Positions 30,241 through 42,945 of a stretch of DNA of 64,000 bases are shown one piece after another. The DNA is taken from NCBI RefSeq assembly GCF_009914755.1, contig NC_060931.1; one strand, written 5' to 3'. A program made the position numbers and the translations under genes. The first letter of the stretch is position 1, and every line of letters begins with the position of its first letter. The stretch comes from the human T2T-CHM13v2.0 reference genome, Homo sapiens. The notes beneath the pieces were generated by a model. It saw nothing but the letters and a program-made list of their open reading frames with translations, was not told the origin of the DNA and did no database searches.

Positions 30241-30414
30241 GTAAGGATGATGTTTATTATGCATATTAAACAGAGAGAAAACTTTGCACTTAGTTAAATA
30301 GAACCAATGTTGTATTTTCATAGATGGAATTCAGAAATGGAGTTTAGATTTTGCACAAAATTTTAATGTTGCTTTTGTCAGTTTCCTGGGACTTATAGCA
30401 TTTTATGTGGAAGG

Positions 30415-30415
<1 letters not shown>

Positions 30416-30449
<34 letters not shown>
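30416..30449. repeat. (TG)17 microsatellite
   Basis: Uninterrupted TG run. Confidence 0.97.
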
Positions 30450-30452
<3 letters not shown>

Positions 30453-31463
30453 AAGACTATTATTTCCCAGGTAAAATATGTTCAGAAGCATATGAACTAC
30501 AGTGGGGAAGCTATGGAGCATGTTAAGTAATGTGTCAAGCATGAATTCCCCTTTCTGTGAGGTTTCATGAATCACTTCAATAAGTATTTAAGTTTTAATA
30601 AGAAAGTTCTTGAAAAAGAAACCTAAAAATTAAAAAAAAACAATAAAACAGTTTTCCGCATTCAAACCTAGATGTGTATGCCCCTGAAGGATGATTCTAT
30701 GGGTTGAATATCAACTATTACTTTAGTTCTAAAACTTAAAAGAAGAAGTATAATAAAACTCACTTGTGTCTCCCCAGAAATGTTTCTCATTTTCCTTTGC
30801 TTATAGCATTTTATATGGATCTCTTATTTTTAAATCCTTACTGATTATAGTGGTTTTTATTTTTCAACTTAACTCATAGTAAACATATTTGAAAATATCT
30901 CCAAGCCCACTATTTTTAATGTAAATTGCTGGTGCCGATAAATTGCCTGTCAATTAGCGGTCAGTCGTGACCTTATATAGTTGATACCTGAGAAGATAGT
31001 TTATTAGAACATTCCAACAAAAAATTGGAAACCATGCCCTTATTTCTAGATCTCTGTTATGTCACAGCTTTTATTTGAATAGGTGGCTAAATGAATGGTA
31101 GTTTGTCACAGAGACTTTTCCTGCATAGATTTTCAATTCTAGTAAGTTTAAGATTTTTGTTACAATGATTTGTCAGTTTCCCACACCTGCACATTCAAAA
31201 CCAATCAATCATGGAGTTTCCATGATGGCAAGTTCCTAGACTCCCAATTTCTTACTATAATCTACTTTTTAGCAATGAGGTATCACAATCCTATAATATT
31301 TTCTTGTCATTGGAGTTTACTTCTTACTAAGCTAAAAATTATTTTGTCGGTGTGTAGTGTTCACTAGATCACTAAGATGTGAACTTTGTATTTGTAGTTC
31401 ATTTTCTTCTGGTTATGTTGTTGGATTAAAATTGGGATTTGAGTGGACTTATTATTTTTGTCA

Positions 31464-31505
31464 TCTTTTCTTTCTTCTCCTTCTCCTTCTCCTTCTTCTT
31501 CTTCT
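31464..31505. repeat. CTT/CTC pyrimidine simple repeat
   Basis: ttcttctccttctccttctccttcttcttcttc. Confidence 0.85.
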
Positions 31506-34467
31506 AAGCAATGCAGTTAGTCACAAAATTAATGTGATCCTGGCTGGTGTTTCCCATCTATATGCTTCTTTTGCTTCTTACAAATTGGATTTCTACAGCA
31601 ATTTAAGGTCTTTTTTTTTTTTAGAGGCAGCTTTCTTGGATGAAGATGGAACAGTGATCTCAGTCAATTCATTATCTTGTCCACTTTGACTACCAGCTGT
31701 ATTATGGGAATCAACCAATGCTTAATTAGTGTTTAAAAATTTAAATCTATGACTATTTCTCTGAATTCTATTTAAGAAAATTATACAATTGAGATAAGGT
31801 AATAAACTGGGGGGCAATTGCCTTAAATATCTAAGTGTGAGGAAGAAGCACTTTCAGATATGCTAAACAGACTTAAAGACACAGAAGACCCTTTTTGTGT
31901 TGCTATTTGTAAAATAAGTAAGCTATCTATTTTGTGGCAATGCTTTAAATACAAAGTCTGGCACTTTAAAAATGACATCATGTTTAATGTTTTCACTAAA
32001 GAATTATTACATTTCGTAATTAGGAAAAAAATGAGCAATTAGTGTTTTTTGAGTATCCATTAGTATTCCATTGTTGAGAATCACAAATCATAGATTTAAC
32101 ATAGGAATTTTTTTTTTTATAAAAAGAGAGAAGCCTTTTAGAAATTTCCAGATAGTGATAGCACTCTTCCAGAAACCCCACTAAAATTTTTGAAGCTCTT
32201 ATTGAGGACTCTGGGACTGTCACAGTAAAAGATAAAGTTTAGGATAAATTCTTGAACCCATAAAAGATATTATATTGACATTTCAATATTTCTTTTTTCC
32301 AAGTTCACTGTATTGCCTTCCCCCTCACCCCCTGAGAAATAGATCAGAATCAGTTTATCACTTTAAAAATATGTATTTCAGCTGCTTTCTTCTATTTCCT
32401 TAAGGTTACATTTCTGATCTTAACCCTAAAAAGATTTTAGGATTTCAATCCTTAACAAGGATTGAAAACTACCAGGCTGGCGTTTGACTAGAACTGATTT
32501 TAGAGGGAGTTCTTTTAGGCCTAGAGATTCTGATGGTGAGTTACAAAGGCTTATGGCTTTACACGGATGGTAGGGCTAGGGGAGGGCCTCGGATTGATAG
32601 ACCAATTTTTCATTTTACAGAAGAGACCCCTGGCTCACCCAAGGCCCAGAGCTAGAGAGAGCCAAACCAGGCTGAGAAGCCTGGTCCCTGCCTCCAGGTC
32701 GGGTGCTCCTGCCATAAATGCCCTTGTCAGGAATGGGGCATAACCTATGACTTTGTATCCTTCACTCTTTTCAAGCCTTTTGATGACTAATCTTTCAAAG
32801 ACAAATTTTTATCAGATCTTTGGAATGAACACCTTAATCATAAAAACTGTAGTTTCTATTTCATTCATTCTTATATAATATCTGCAATGTTATTTTTTCT
32901 AATAAGGGCCTCCTTAATTAATTTTAACTTAAATTCTCCTTTTTTCATCATTGTTATGAGACATACCCTGTAAAACCACACCATCCAGATTTCATTTGAG
33001 AGTAAAAACCAGGCAGGACTAAAAATGGTCTGAAAGACTGTCTCAAGAACAAGGCAGTGACTTTCTCTACTACCTGTCTTTTCTCTATTATCTGTGAGGA
33101 CGGGATCTGAAATATTATTTAAAGTTAAAATAAATAACCTTTTTTGTCAAATAGAGAAACGGGTGATGTTTTCACTCTAGAAGGTGTACCTTTGCCTAGG
33201 ATCTGTCTGTAATACATTATCTTTCCAGATGGATATATATGAGTGTGTTTGGAGGTGACGAGAAGTGAATTGAGTCTGGAAGTATGTTCTTTGAGGTTTG
33301 ACTGGCAAAACTTGACCAATCATAACCAAAAAAATTCATGCATGCAACACAGAGGGCTCTAGAGCACCACACATTTGATTTAAGATGATATTTAGGCTGT
33401 GCTGTATTTAAGATGGGGAATAACAATGTCTAAATAGAAATCCTGAATGCACCTACTGCATGTGTTGTTTGGCCTCACCCACAGGTTTCCTCTCCAGCTG
33501 TTTGCATGCGATTTTATATCAGAATTCAGGTCTCTTTTTATTCTTTTATTACACTGAGGAGCTCCTGTGTTGCAGGCATGATTTCTCCAATAGAACACAT
33601 TTCAGCCAGTTTTATGCAGTCCTCTCTCTGTTGGCTTCCTAAGGGGGAAAAATACATGCAACAACAACAACAACAAAATTTTTGTTTTTGTTTGAATTAG
33701 CTGACTATTAGAAGAAATACATGTAATCTCTATTTGCCAGATCTGGTAGGACCATTTCACTTTATCAAAACAAGATCTTCTCCTTTAAGTAAGTTGGCTT
33801 CTGACTGGCCAGGTATTAATTCATGCATCAGACAGTAGAAGGCATTGGGATAAAGTCCGTTTCCACCAGGGTATCTAGCTATGGTGTGGTGCACCATCAT
33901 GAAGGGTCTGATTTGCCTCACTGCAATGACAACATTGTGCAGAAAAACACTGACTCCTAGGAGGAGAAACAATATTATAGGCTCAAGCTTCTAAAATCAT
34001 ATCAGGGAATGATCCTGTGTCGAAGGTGACTGTCAGAACGCTGGGGGCCTCCAGGGTCATTTTCTAAACTACAGCATGACAAAATGTTCTCTTTGTCTAT
34101 TCTCTGCATTTTCCTTCAGGTAGTGTTTCCCTAGATTCATTCTTTAACATCCATTTCAACTACTCTGCCTTGATGAATAATCCTGCAGTAACAAGTCACA
34201 AATGTGTACACAGCAGAGCAGAGATATTTTTCCATAAGGAAAATAGATTTTTATATCAAATCTTAGAAGAAACAATTAGCAAAACAAAAGGGGGGAAGAA
34301 GAGTTGAAATTAGATTGATGGCATAACAAGCTCTGTCCATTCGTGGCTCTGCAACAATGAGCAGCCTGAGACTGGAGGAGGGACGCAATTCCCAGAGAGC
34401 TGCCTTGAGCTTATTGTGCTTCTCTGCCTCAGTTTCTTCATTTGTGATGAGAATGTCGGGCTCACCC

Positions 34468-34812
34468 AGCACTGTCCGGTAGTGAGAGCTGCAAATGTGA
34501 GCTGCACATTTCATTTTAAACGTTTTAGTAGCCACATTAAAAAGGTTAAAAAGAAACAGGTGAAGTCATTTTAATAACACTTTGATTTAACCTGATATAT
34601 CCAAAATATTATCATTTAAACATATAATCCATATAAAAATGTTAATGTACTACTTTACATTCTCTCTTTCTCTCTCTTTTTTTTTTTTTGGTACTAAATC
34701 TTTGAAATCCAGTGTGTATTTCACAACTACAACATATCTCAATTTGGACTAGCCACATTTCAAGTGCTCAATATCCACGTGTGGTCGGTGACTATGGTAT
34801 CAGACAACACAG
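34468..34812. mobile_element. MER33-like hAT-Charlie element
   Basis: tagtagccacattaaaaagg..aaaagaaacaggtgaa..tttggactagccacatttcaagtgctcaata motifs. Confidence 0.8.
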
Positions 34813-34819
34813 GGTAAAT

Positions 34820-34996
34820 CAGTGGTTTATGATCCTGGCAGCCCAGTAGTACCACCTGTGGAACTTATTAAAAAACACTGATACCCTTCCACTCTGACAT
34901 TCTGATTTAATTGGTTTGGGGTGAAGGCCTGAGCCTCTGTATATTTTAAAAGCTCCACAAGTGTTTCCAATGTGTAGCAGAGGTTGAGAACCACGG
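34820..34996. mobile_element. MER5A/B-like element
   Basis: cagtggtt...attctgatttaattggtttggggtg...ggttgagaaccac. Confidence 0.75.
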
Positions 34997-37248
34997 TTCT
35001 AACTGATCTCTAAGGAATCTTCTACTCTAATATTCTATGATTCTATTTCAGGAAAGGGATTGCAGTAAAGCGTTCATTCAGAGTTCAAGGGCAGCAAGCA
35101 GTTGTTACAAGCATGCTGCACCCTGCAACACATATTTAAGAAAATATAACTGATAAAGATTAAAATTTACAGAATGAATAACTTAGACAATAATTCTTTG
35201 CACCACAAATGGGCTCTGTTTTGTGTAACTTTCAAACGTGGGTGTTTTAAATGGTCTGCTTCACTAGAAATCTTAATTTAGGATTTGATTTACATGTAAC
35301 CTCGTAGAAACCCTCTGTTTCGGAAAAGGTCAGGATTCTCACATTTCAGTTACAGTATTTTGCCAGCTTACTCTTTTGCCCCAGATACTTGCCTTTAGTT
35401 GTTTGGGGAGGGAAATTTTTACTCCAGTTGAGACATCTGGATCCCCCAGAATTTTCTTCCTTCCAAGCTTTTAACAAACTTGTGTTATTGCCTAGACCAG
35501 ATTTTCTCATGTCAAGATGTTAGTTATAACCTCCTAGACTTAAGGTATTCATTTTTATTTGTCACCTTTTAAAATATTAGAAGAATCAATGTTTTTCAAT
35601 GCACATCAGAATGCTTTATTTTAATATACCTGTTTTTTATAATACACCAGTCTGTGCATTCACTAAAGGATGCAAAAAGTATAAAATAAAAAATAATTTC
35701 CAAACTCCTCACGCACCTTCTTGTGAAGTCTACAGACAGAATTGTTTGTGGAGGGGAGGAGAGACCTTGGTGTCAGCCTCTTGTGACTTCATGCTGCAGA
35801 GAGCCTCTGCATCCCCAAATTCATGAGTCATTTCACTCTGACCCTCTCTCTCCTTATCCCCTGCAGAGCCATCTATGTCCAAATACATGTCTATTCAACC
35901 ATATCGCCTTTAAAGCATGACTATAAACTAGTTTTAAATATAAAATTACATGTTTTTCTACATTTTGTGGTGATATTTGTGTTTTCTGTAATGTCATTCA
36001 TTGGAAGAATGTTAGCTTTCATTTATTAACACATATCTCTAATCCCCATTTTATAGATGGGAAAACTAAGAGATTGCCAAGGCTAGGCATCCTGCTCATT
36101 GATTAGATGGGTGGTCGGTATGAGAAAAGAGCTCACATTTATTAGTGCCATGTATTCCAGATATTCCAGATAGAAGCACTGCTTTGGGTTGCTTCCAGGT
36201 AGGGATTTTCCAATTGCTTGTACTATTGCGCTTGTCTTTGTATTTATAAATAACATTCTTTCGGGTGCTTTCCCATGCATTATTTGCAGTTAAATGGTTT
36301 CCTTGCTAATACCTCTTACTTTCCAGCTTCAGGCTACATGTAGCTGGATTGATTAGTAAATACATAAGGATATATTAACTTCTTAACATGGAATCTGTTT
36401 TAAAAGTTGCATGGAGACATCTGTTGCAAACCTGTGTGTTTGGTAGTATCCAGGGAAACTTTCTCTCAGGCTACTTTGTGATTGACTGTTAAAAGTATTG
36501 TGTGGAGAGACAATGAGATTAATGATGTAAGTTACTCATCTGTTTTGGGGATTGAAGGCAAAGGTCTGTACAGATTCATTTGTTGAGCAAGATAGACTCT
36601 AGCCCTACCTCCTAAATTATCTTTTATAAAACACTTTAGCCCTTGTCGTGCCAATGTACTGTCTTCACACTTGGTCTGGAGCCATCTGTGTTTAAGTATT
36701 TGGTTTTTGTTTTCTCCTAACAATGGTGATACGTTGGCTTGGCCATTTGCAGTCTCTGTCTGCATTTCTGTGTCTTTGATGGGTGAGCTGTTGATTAATA
36801 GTGCAATTTTCGACCAGTGCCAGGGGGCGATTATTTTGGATTCTTTCCTCCAAGCATCATGCTAAATTTAAAGCAATTTTAATATTCATACATATACATG
36901 CTTATGGTGTTTATGCTTATATGAAAATAAATATGTATATAAATAAAAACCTGGGCCAGTGAGGACCAGAATGTTAGTAGGGCATACACTTGCAAATGTG
37001 CTTATCATTTTTTTTAGGATGCCCATGGACACATTGTAACTCCTATTGGCCAAATATCTATTTGTAACATTGATTCAGATACATATTGTTGATTAAAAGA
37101 TATTGTGAGATTAAAAAAATTGAAACCATATTTAAGACACTCCTTTTTTCTGAGAAGGCCTGTCTAAGCACACATTGTTTACAATTTTGTCTTCCAGTTT
37201 TGCAAAATCGGATGACTAACAACCACCATTCTCAGGGTTGTGCTGTGT

Positions 37249-37256
37249 TGACGTCA
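37249..37256. promoter_or_regulatory. Palindromic CRE in unique intronic DNA
   Basis: TGACGTCA; function not shown by sequence alone. Confidence 0.5.
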
Positions 37257-37831
37257 TCAAAGATGAGGGTGCAGTGTTTTGGCACCATGAAGCAGCATGT
37301 AATTTGAAATTGTACTTTTTGCTAAACACCAATGCTGATCTCCAAACCATTCAAACACTAAAAAACCAAAACAAAACAGTAATGTCTGCTGATTGGATGG
37401 AGGCAGCATGGGCAAAGTACAATTTTTTTTTTTTTTTCATATGCTTTGGAAGCACTTACAAAAATCAGGGAGAAAAAGAGTACATATAATTACTTGACAT
37501 GCCCTTTGGAAGGGACATTCTTAAGACAGACAGGTTGAGTCTTTAACCTAAAGTTCATTTTTATCCTTTCCAGGAAATGTGCTTTCTTTCTTTTTTCCCT
37601 TTTTTAAGCACAAACGTGGTTGTATCTTTAAAAGGAAGGCTTAAGAGTAAATCATGTGGCTGCTTTATCTTTATTTAACATTTAGAAGATATTTTAGGAG
37701 ATCTATTTAGAAAGTCTTATATTCCTTCACATAGTTGTAGTTATTTAATGCTTGTTTAAAAACATAGGGGGTTCTGGAGATTGGTTGCACAACAGTGTGA
37801 ATATACTTAGCACTACTGAACTGTATACTTA

Positions 37832-38174
<343 letters not shown>

Positions 38175-38309
38175 TTATATATATTTTACCACAGTTATAA
38201 GAAATGGGGAAAAAGTTTGCTTGTACCCATTCCCCAGATGGGGGAAAATAGAGTGTACAGACCATTTGTTTCAAGTTAGATGCATCCACTTTAATTTTTT
38301 TTTAATTTG

Positions 38310-38786
38310 CATTCACTTATTTTTATTTCAATAGCTTTAGGGGTACAAGTGGTTTTGGTTACATAGATGAATTATGTAGCAGTGAAGTCTGGGCTTTTAG
38401 TGCATCTGTCACTGGAATACTGTACATTGCACCCACTAGGTGATTCCTATTCCTCCCCCTTTCCCAACTTTCTCCCTTCTGAGTCTCCAATGTCCATTAT
38501 ACCACTCTGTCTGCCTTTACATACCCCATAGCATAGCTTCCACTTATAAATGAGAACATCCAGAAATTTGGTTTTCCATTTCTGAGTTACTTCACCTAGG
38601 ATAATGGCCTCAGTTCCATCCAAGGTGCTACAAAAACATGATTTCATTCTTTTTTATGGCTGAGTAGTATTTCATGGTATACATATACCACATTTAAAAA
38701 ATGTTTTATTTCCATAGGTTTTGGGGGAGCAGGTGGTATTTGGTTATGTAAGTAAGTTCTTTAATGGTGATTTGTGAGATTTTGGG
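38310..38786 (-). mobile_element. Two adjacent L1PB/L1MA 3'-end fragments
   Basis: tttatttcaatagctttaggggtacaagtggttttggttacat.. (from ~38320) and tttatttccataggttttggggga.caggtggtatttgg.. (from ~38704). Confidence 0.8.
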
Positions 38787-39066
38787 GATGCATCCACTTT
38801 ACTGTCATAATGGGAAGGTCAAAAATCTAAACAGGACTTTTGCACTTTGGGATAATGTAGACAGACGACATTGGTATGTGTGTGATGTGATTTTGACACA
38901 TAGGAGAATCCAGGGTAGCTAAAAGCTAGGCACGTAACACTGCATGCCTCTTTTCTGGCTTGGATCTGGGTGAGCCCTGTGTGTAGAAAGCTGTATCATT
39001 CCATTTGAAAATGCATTTGACCTTATTTGAGCAGTTTTTAAGAAATTTACTTGATAGCCTTTAGCA

Positions 39067-39268
39067 CCATATATATATACATACACACACACTATATATA
39101 TATATACCATATATATATATATACACACACCATATATATAGTGTGCATATATATATACACACACACACACTCTCTCTCTCTATATATACCATATATATGG
39201 TATATATATAAAATACCATATATATAGAGAGAGTGTGTATGTGTGTGTATGTGTATATATATATATAC
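39067..39268. repeat. Compound TA/CA/CT microsatellite with inverted symmetry
   Basis: Runs of TA, CA, CT followed by AG, TG, TA; recurring ccatatata unit. Confidence 0.92.
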
Positions 39269-41224
39269 TCAACTGAGATCAACGAAAAAGTCAGGCAAGA
39301 AGCCTTGTAGTTTATGTCAGGGAATGTAAACCCACACTTCACAGTAACACTGACCAATGAGAAGTTGCTTTGCGGGGGACAACCTGGGAGTTGAAAATTT
39401 TGGAGACAGATCACAGGGGGAATGGTGGAGGAAATTAGAGATATTTGACTCAGAAAGGAGGAGGCCCAGGCTTGTGCATAATATCAAGGAACATTCTGTG
39501 GACAAGAGGATACTATTTCTGACTTATTCTCTGTGCTTCGGGGAAAAACAGAGAAAATTGCAGGAAGGAGATGGTTTGCTGTGTGGAGAGATGGAGTGTG
39601 CTGTGTTTGCTCTTTTGGCTCCAAAGAGGGAAGAATTTTGGAACAAGTAGACCTATACATCAATGGAAAGGACTGTCTCAGAAATTAGTGACCTCCCTGG
39701 CATGGGGTGTCAGAATTATTATAGGAAGAGTTTCTAGAAGCAGTAAGAAGGAGGGCTGGACCAGTTGCTCCTGGCTTTTTTTGGATTATGAACACTTTAA
39801 ACAATTAGGTAAAAGCTATGAGCCAGTTTTCATAAAAATAACATATAGGCAAATATTCATGAGAAGGTTCATGGACCCAGAAGCCATGGACTCCAGAATG
39901 AAAAAATGTCTGGGCTCAATAATGATGCTTAACAATGCTATGGTTATATGGACACATAAACTTAAAATTGCTGCGGTTGAATGAATATGATCAGTTTCAT
40001 GTGGTTCATCCTACATGTGTTGGTGCATACATTACATGTATTAAGCTGTGAAAGTAACCAGAGCTAATGAACTTCCGGTGAAGTGTATAATCCGGAATGG
40101 AAATTCACATTCATTGGATTCTCATTTATGTTTCTCTATGAGAGTAACTGCCTGTTTGCCCAATAGCCCATACCTAGACAACCACTGATTAATAACACCT
40201 TACATTGTTTAGGAGTTTCAAAGTAATTTAATAGAAATTATCTTATTAGGGTGATATAACAACTCAGTGAAATATGAAGGATAGATATTATCCTTCCCAT
40301 TTTAGTGGATGCAGAAACTAAGAATCCCAGGGCTTAAGTGGTATGTGCAGTCCCAGCTAAAGTAAGTGCCAGACATATAACTGGAATTCAGGTATCCTTC
40401 CCTCCCTTCTTCCTTTTCTCCTGCTTCTCTTTGTCCATCCTCTCTGCCTCCATGCTAGCCACATACACTTATGGAACCAAGTGTGCTCTTTGTTACTAAG
40501 AAGCAGCAACAACCACAAATAAACCAAGCAACTCCTTTCCAACACAAATATCAGCACCCTGTCTGAGCCTAAATTCCTTTCCTTCCTTCATCCCTTCCTT
40601 CATTAAATATTAACTGAGCATCTATTATGTGCTGGGTACCAGGGATACATGATCAAAATCAGACACAGTCCCACTCCTCATAGAACTTGTACCAGGTAAG
40701 TCACTGCAATTTAGTGTTTCAGGAGGAGGGTGAGGGGGTGCAAGCCTGGAGACAGAAAACCCAGTTAGGGGCTATTGTGGTTATCCAGACAAGAGATGAT
40801 GGGGGCTTGAGTTATGATGGTGCCAGATTCAAAAGCCATGTAAGAGGCAAGAGCAGTATGACTTGGGGATTGATTAACTGGAAGATGAGGGGTCCAGAGA
40901 GTGGGGAAGATGGAGTCAGGATAAGCCTGACCCAGTAAGAAAGTCTGGGTCATCCTTTGTGGTGCTGAATTGGGGGATGGTGAATTGGGGGATGGATTCT
41001 GGCCCAGTGCCCACAGGCTTGTGTCTGCATCCTGAGAACAGAAAATGGCTGTGAACAAAAATGCCAAGAGCAACTGTAACTGAAAGGTACAGTGCATTAT
41101 TGGGTTCCGTGGCAGTACAGCTTTGGTAACTTCTCCCAGAGAGTGGCTCCACAGGGAGAAAGGCACCCCCTCCTCCCAGGGCGACCACATCTCTGGCACT
41201 CAGTGGGTCTAGGGCATGGCCAGG

Positions 41225-41626
41225 AGTGTTAGCTTCCTGAGGCTGCTGTAGCAAAGTAGCACAAACTCGGGGGCTTAAACAACAGACACTTATTCTCTCA
41301 CAGTTCTGGAGGCTGCGAGTCAGAAATCTAGGTATTGGCAGGGTTGGTTCCTTCCCAGGGCCTGTGAGGAAGAATCTGTTCCAGGCCTCCCTCCTTCTTC
41401 TGTCTTCTCTGTGACTTCACATGGTCTTCCCTTCGCATATCTGTCTCCAAGTTCCTCTTTTCATAAGGATGTCAGTCATATTACATGAGAGCCCACACTA
41501 ATGACCTCATTTTAACTTAATTACCTCTACAAATACTTTATCTTCAAAGAAAGTCCCTTTCTGAGGTACTGGGAGTTTGGACTCCAACATATCTCCTTTC
41601 AGGAAAACACAATTCAAACCACTACA
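41225..41626 (-). mobile_element. MLT1 (A/B-type) solo LTR
   Basis: ggcttaaacaacagacacttattctctcacagttctggaggc...aatgacctcattttaacttaattacctct...acacaattcaaaccactaca; flanks ccagg / gcagg. Confidence 0.85.
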
Positions 41627-42249
41627 GCAGGTGTGTCCAGCAAGAAGGCAGCACCCAGGTCAGGTAATAATGGGACTCTAGGAGAACAAGCAGATTGGGA
41701 GTGATATGTTTTCTAATCAGACTTTTTTTAGCACATGCTGAAAATAAACCTCAGATAGATCCCTGGAAAAACCTGGAACAAGTCTTCGGAGATGGGGATC
41801 CATATGTTAATTACCAACTATGGACATAGCCAGCAAAACACAGCAAAACAAGCCTACTCTTAAAAATAGATACATACATGTTGCACTGACTGACAAATTT
41901 TTGCTAATGTAGGCATTACCCTTGGTTTGGCCTTGAATTTGTCACCAGGATTTGTAAAAGAGCAACGCTGAAAGGTTAACACCAACTTTTAACCATGAGA
42001 AGAAAGAATTAAATACAACTATAGTTTGCCACTCTGGCAGCCTTAACAATTATTGTTTTGATGTGCTAACATTTACTGACAAGGACAAAAATCACCCATT
42101 CCCATAAACACACACACACTAAGCTAAGTATAAATGTTTCAGTGTGGGAAGGAAAAAAATTCTGATTTTCTGGTTGTTGATGGATAATTTATGTCTATGT
42201 GCTTCCTTTGCTTTGCACAATGAAAAGACAAAATTCTGCATTTTAGAAA

Positions 42250-42945
42250 CACATCATAATAAAAAGACAACTCAGTTTAAAATGGGCAAAGATCCGACTA
42301 GACAGTTCTTAAAAAAATTTTTATTTTAGGCTCATGGGTACATGTGTGGGTTTGTTAGATAGGTAAATTCAATGTCTTGGGGGTTTGTTGTACAGATTGT
42401 TTTGTCACAGAAAATTTTTAAAAGAAAATATACAAATGGCCAGTAAGCACATGAAAATATGTCCAACATCACTACCTATCAGGGTTACTTGTAATGGCCA
42501 AAAATGTGGAAATAACTCAAAGCCCATCAACTGTTGAGTAGATAAGCAAAATATGGTGCATCCATATATTGAAAAATTACTTGGTTGTAAAAAAAAAACT
42601 ACTGAAATATACTATAACATGAATGAACCTTGAAAACATGCTCAGAAAAGGAATCCAGCCATAAAGGACCATATATTATATAATTCCATACATAGGAAAT
42701 GTCCAGAATAGGCAAATCCGTAGAGACAGAAGGTAGATTCATGATTGCCTAGGACTGGGGGTGGGGTGGGGAGTTCAGGGGTGACCATTGAAGAGTATGT
42801 AATTTCTTTTGGGGGTGATGAAAATGTTCTAAAATTATAGTGATGGTTGCACAAATCTGAATATTCTAATGTCATTAGATTGCATGCTTTAAGTGAGTGA
42901 ATTGTATGGTATGTGAATTAGGTCTCAATAAAGCTGTTAAGAAAA
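42250..42945 (+). mobile_element. L1MB/ME 3' region with a short antisense L1P 3' end nested at ~42317-42410
   Basis: gaatgaaccttgaaaacatgct..gtccagaataggcaaatccgtagagacagaa..ctcaataaagctgtt. Confidence 0.8.

Noticed and set aside
38919-39414. ORFs rich in Y/I/V/C
   Set aside because: Translations of the TA/CA microsatellite.
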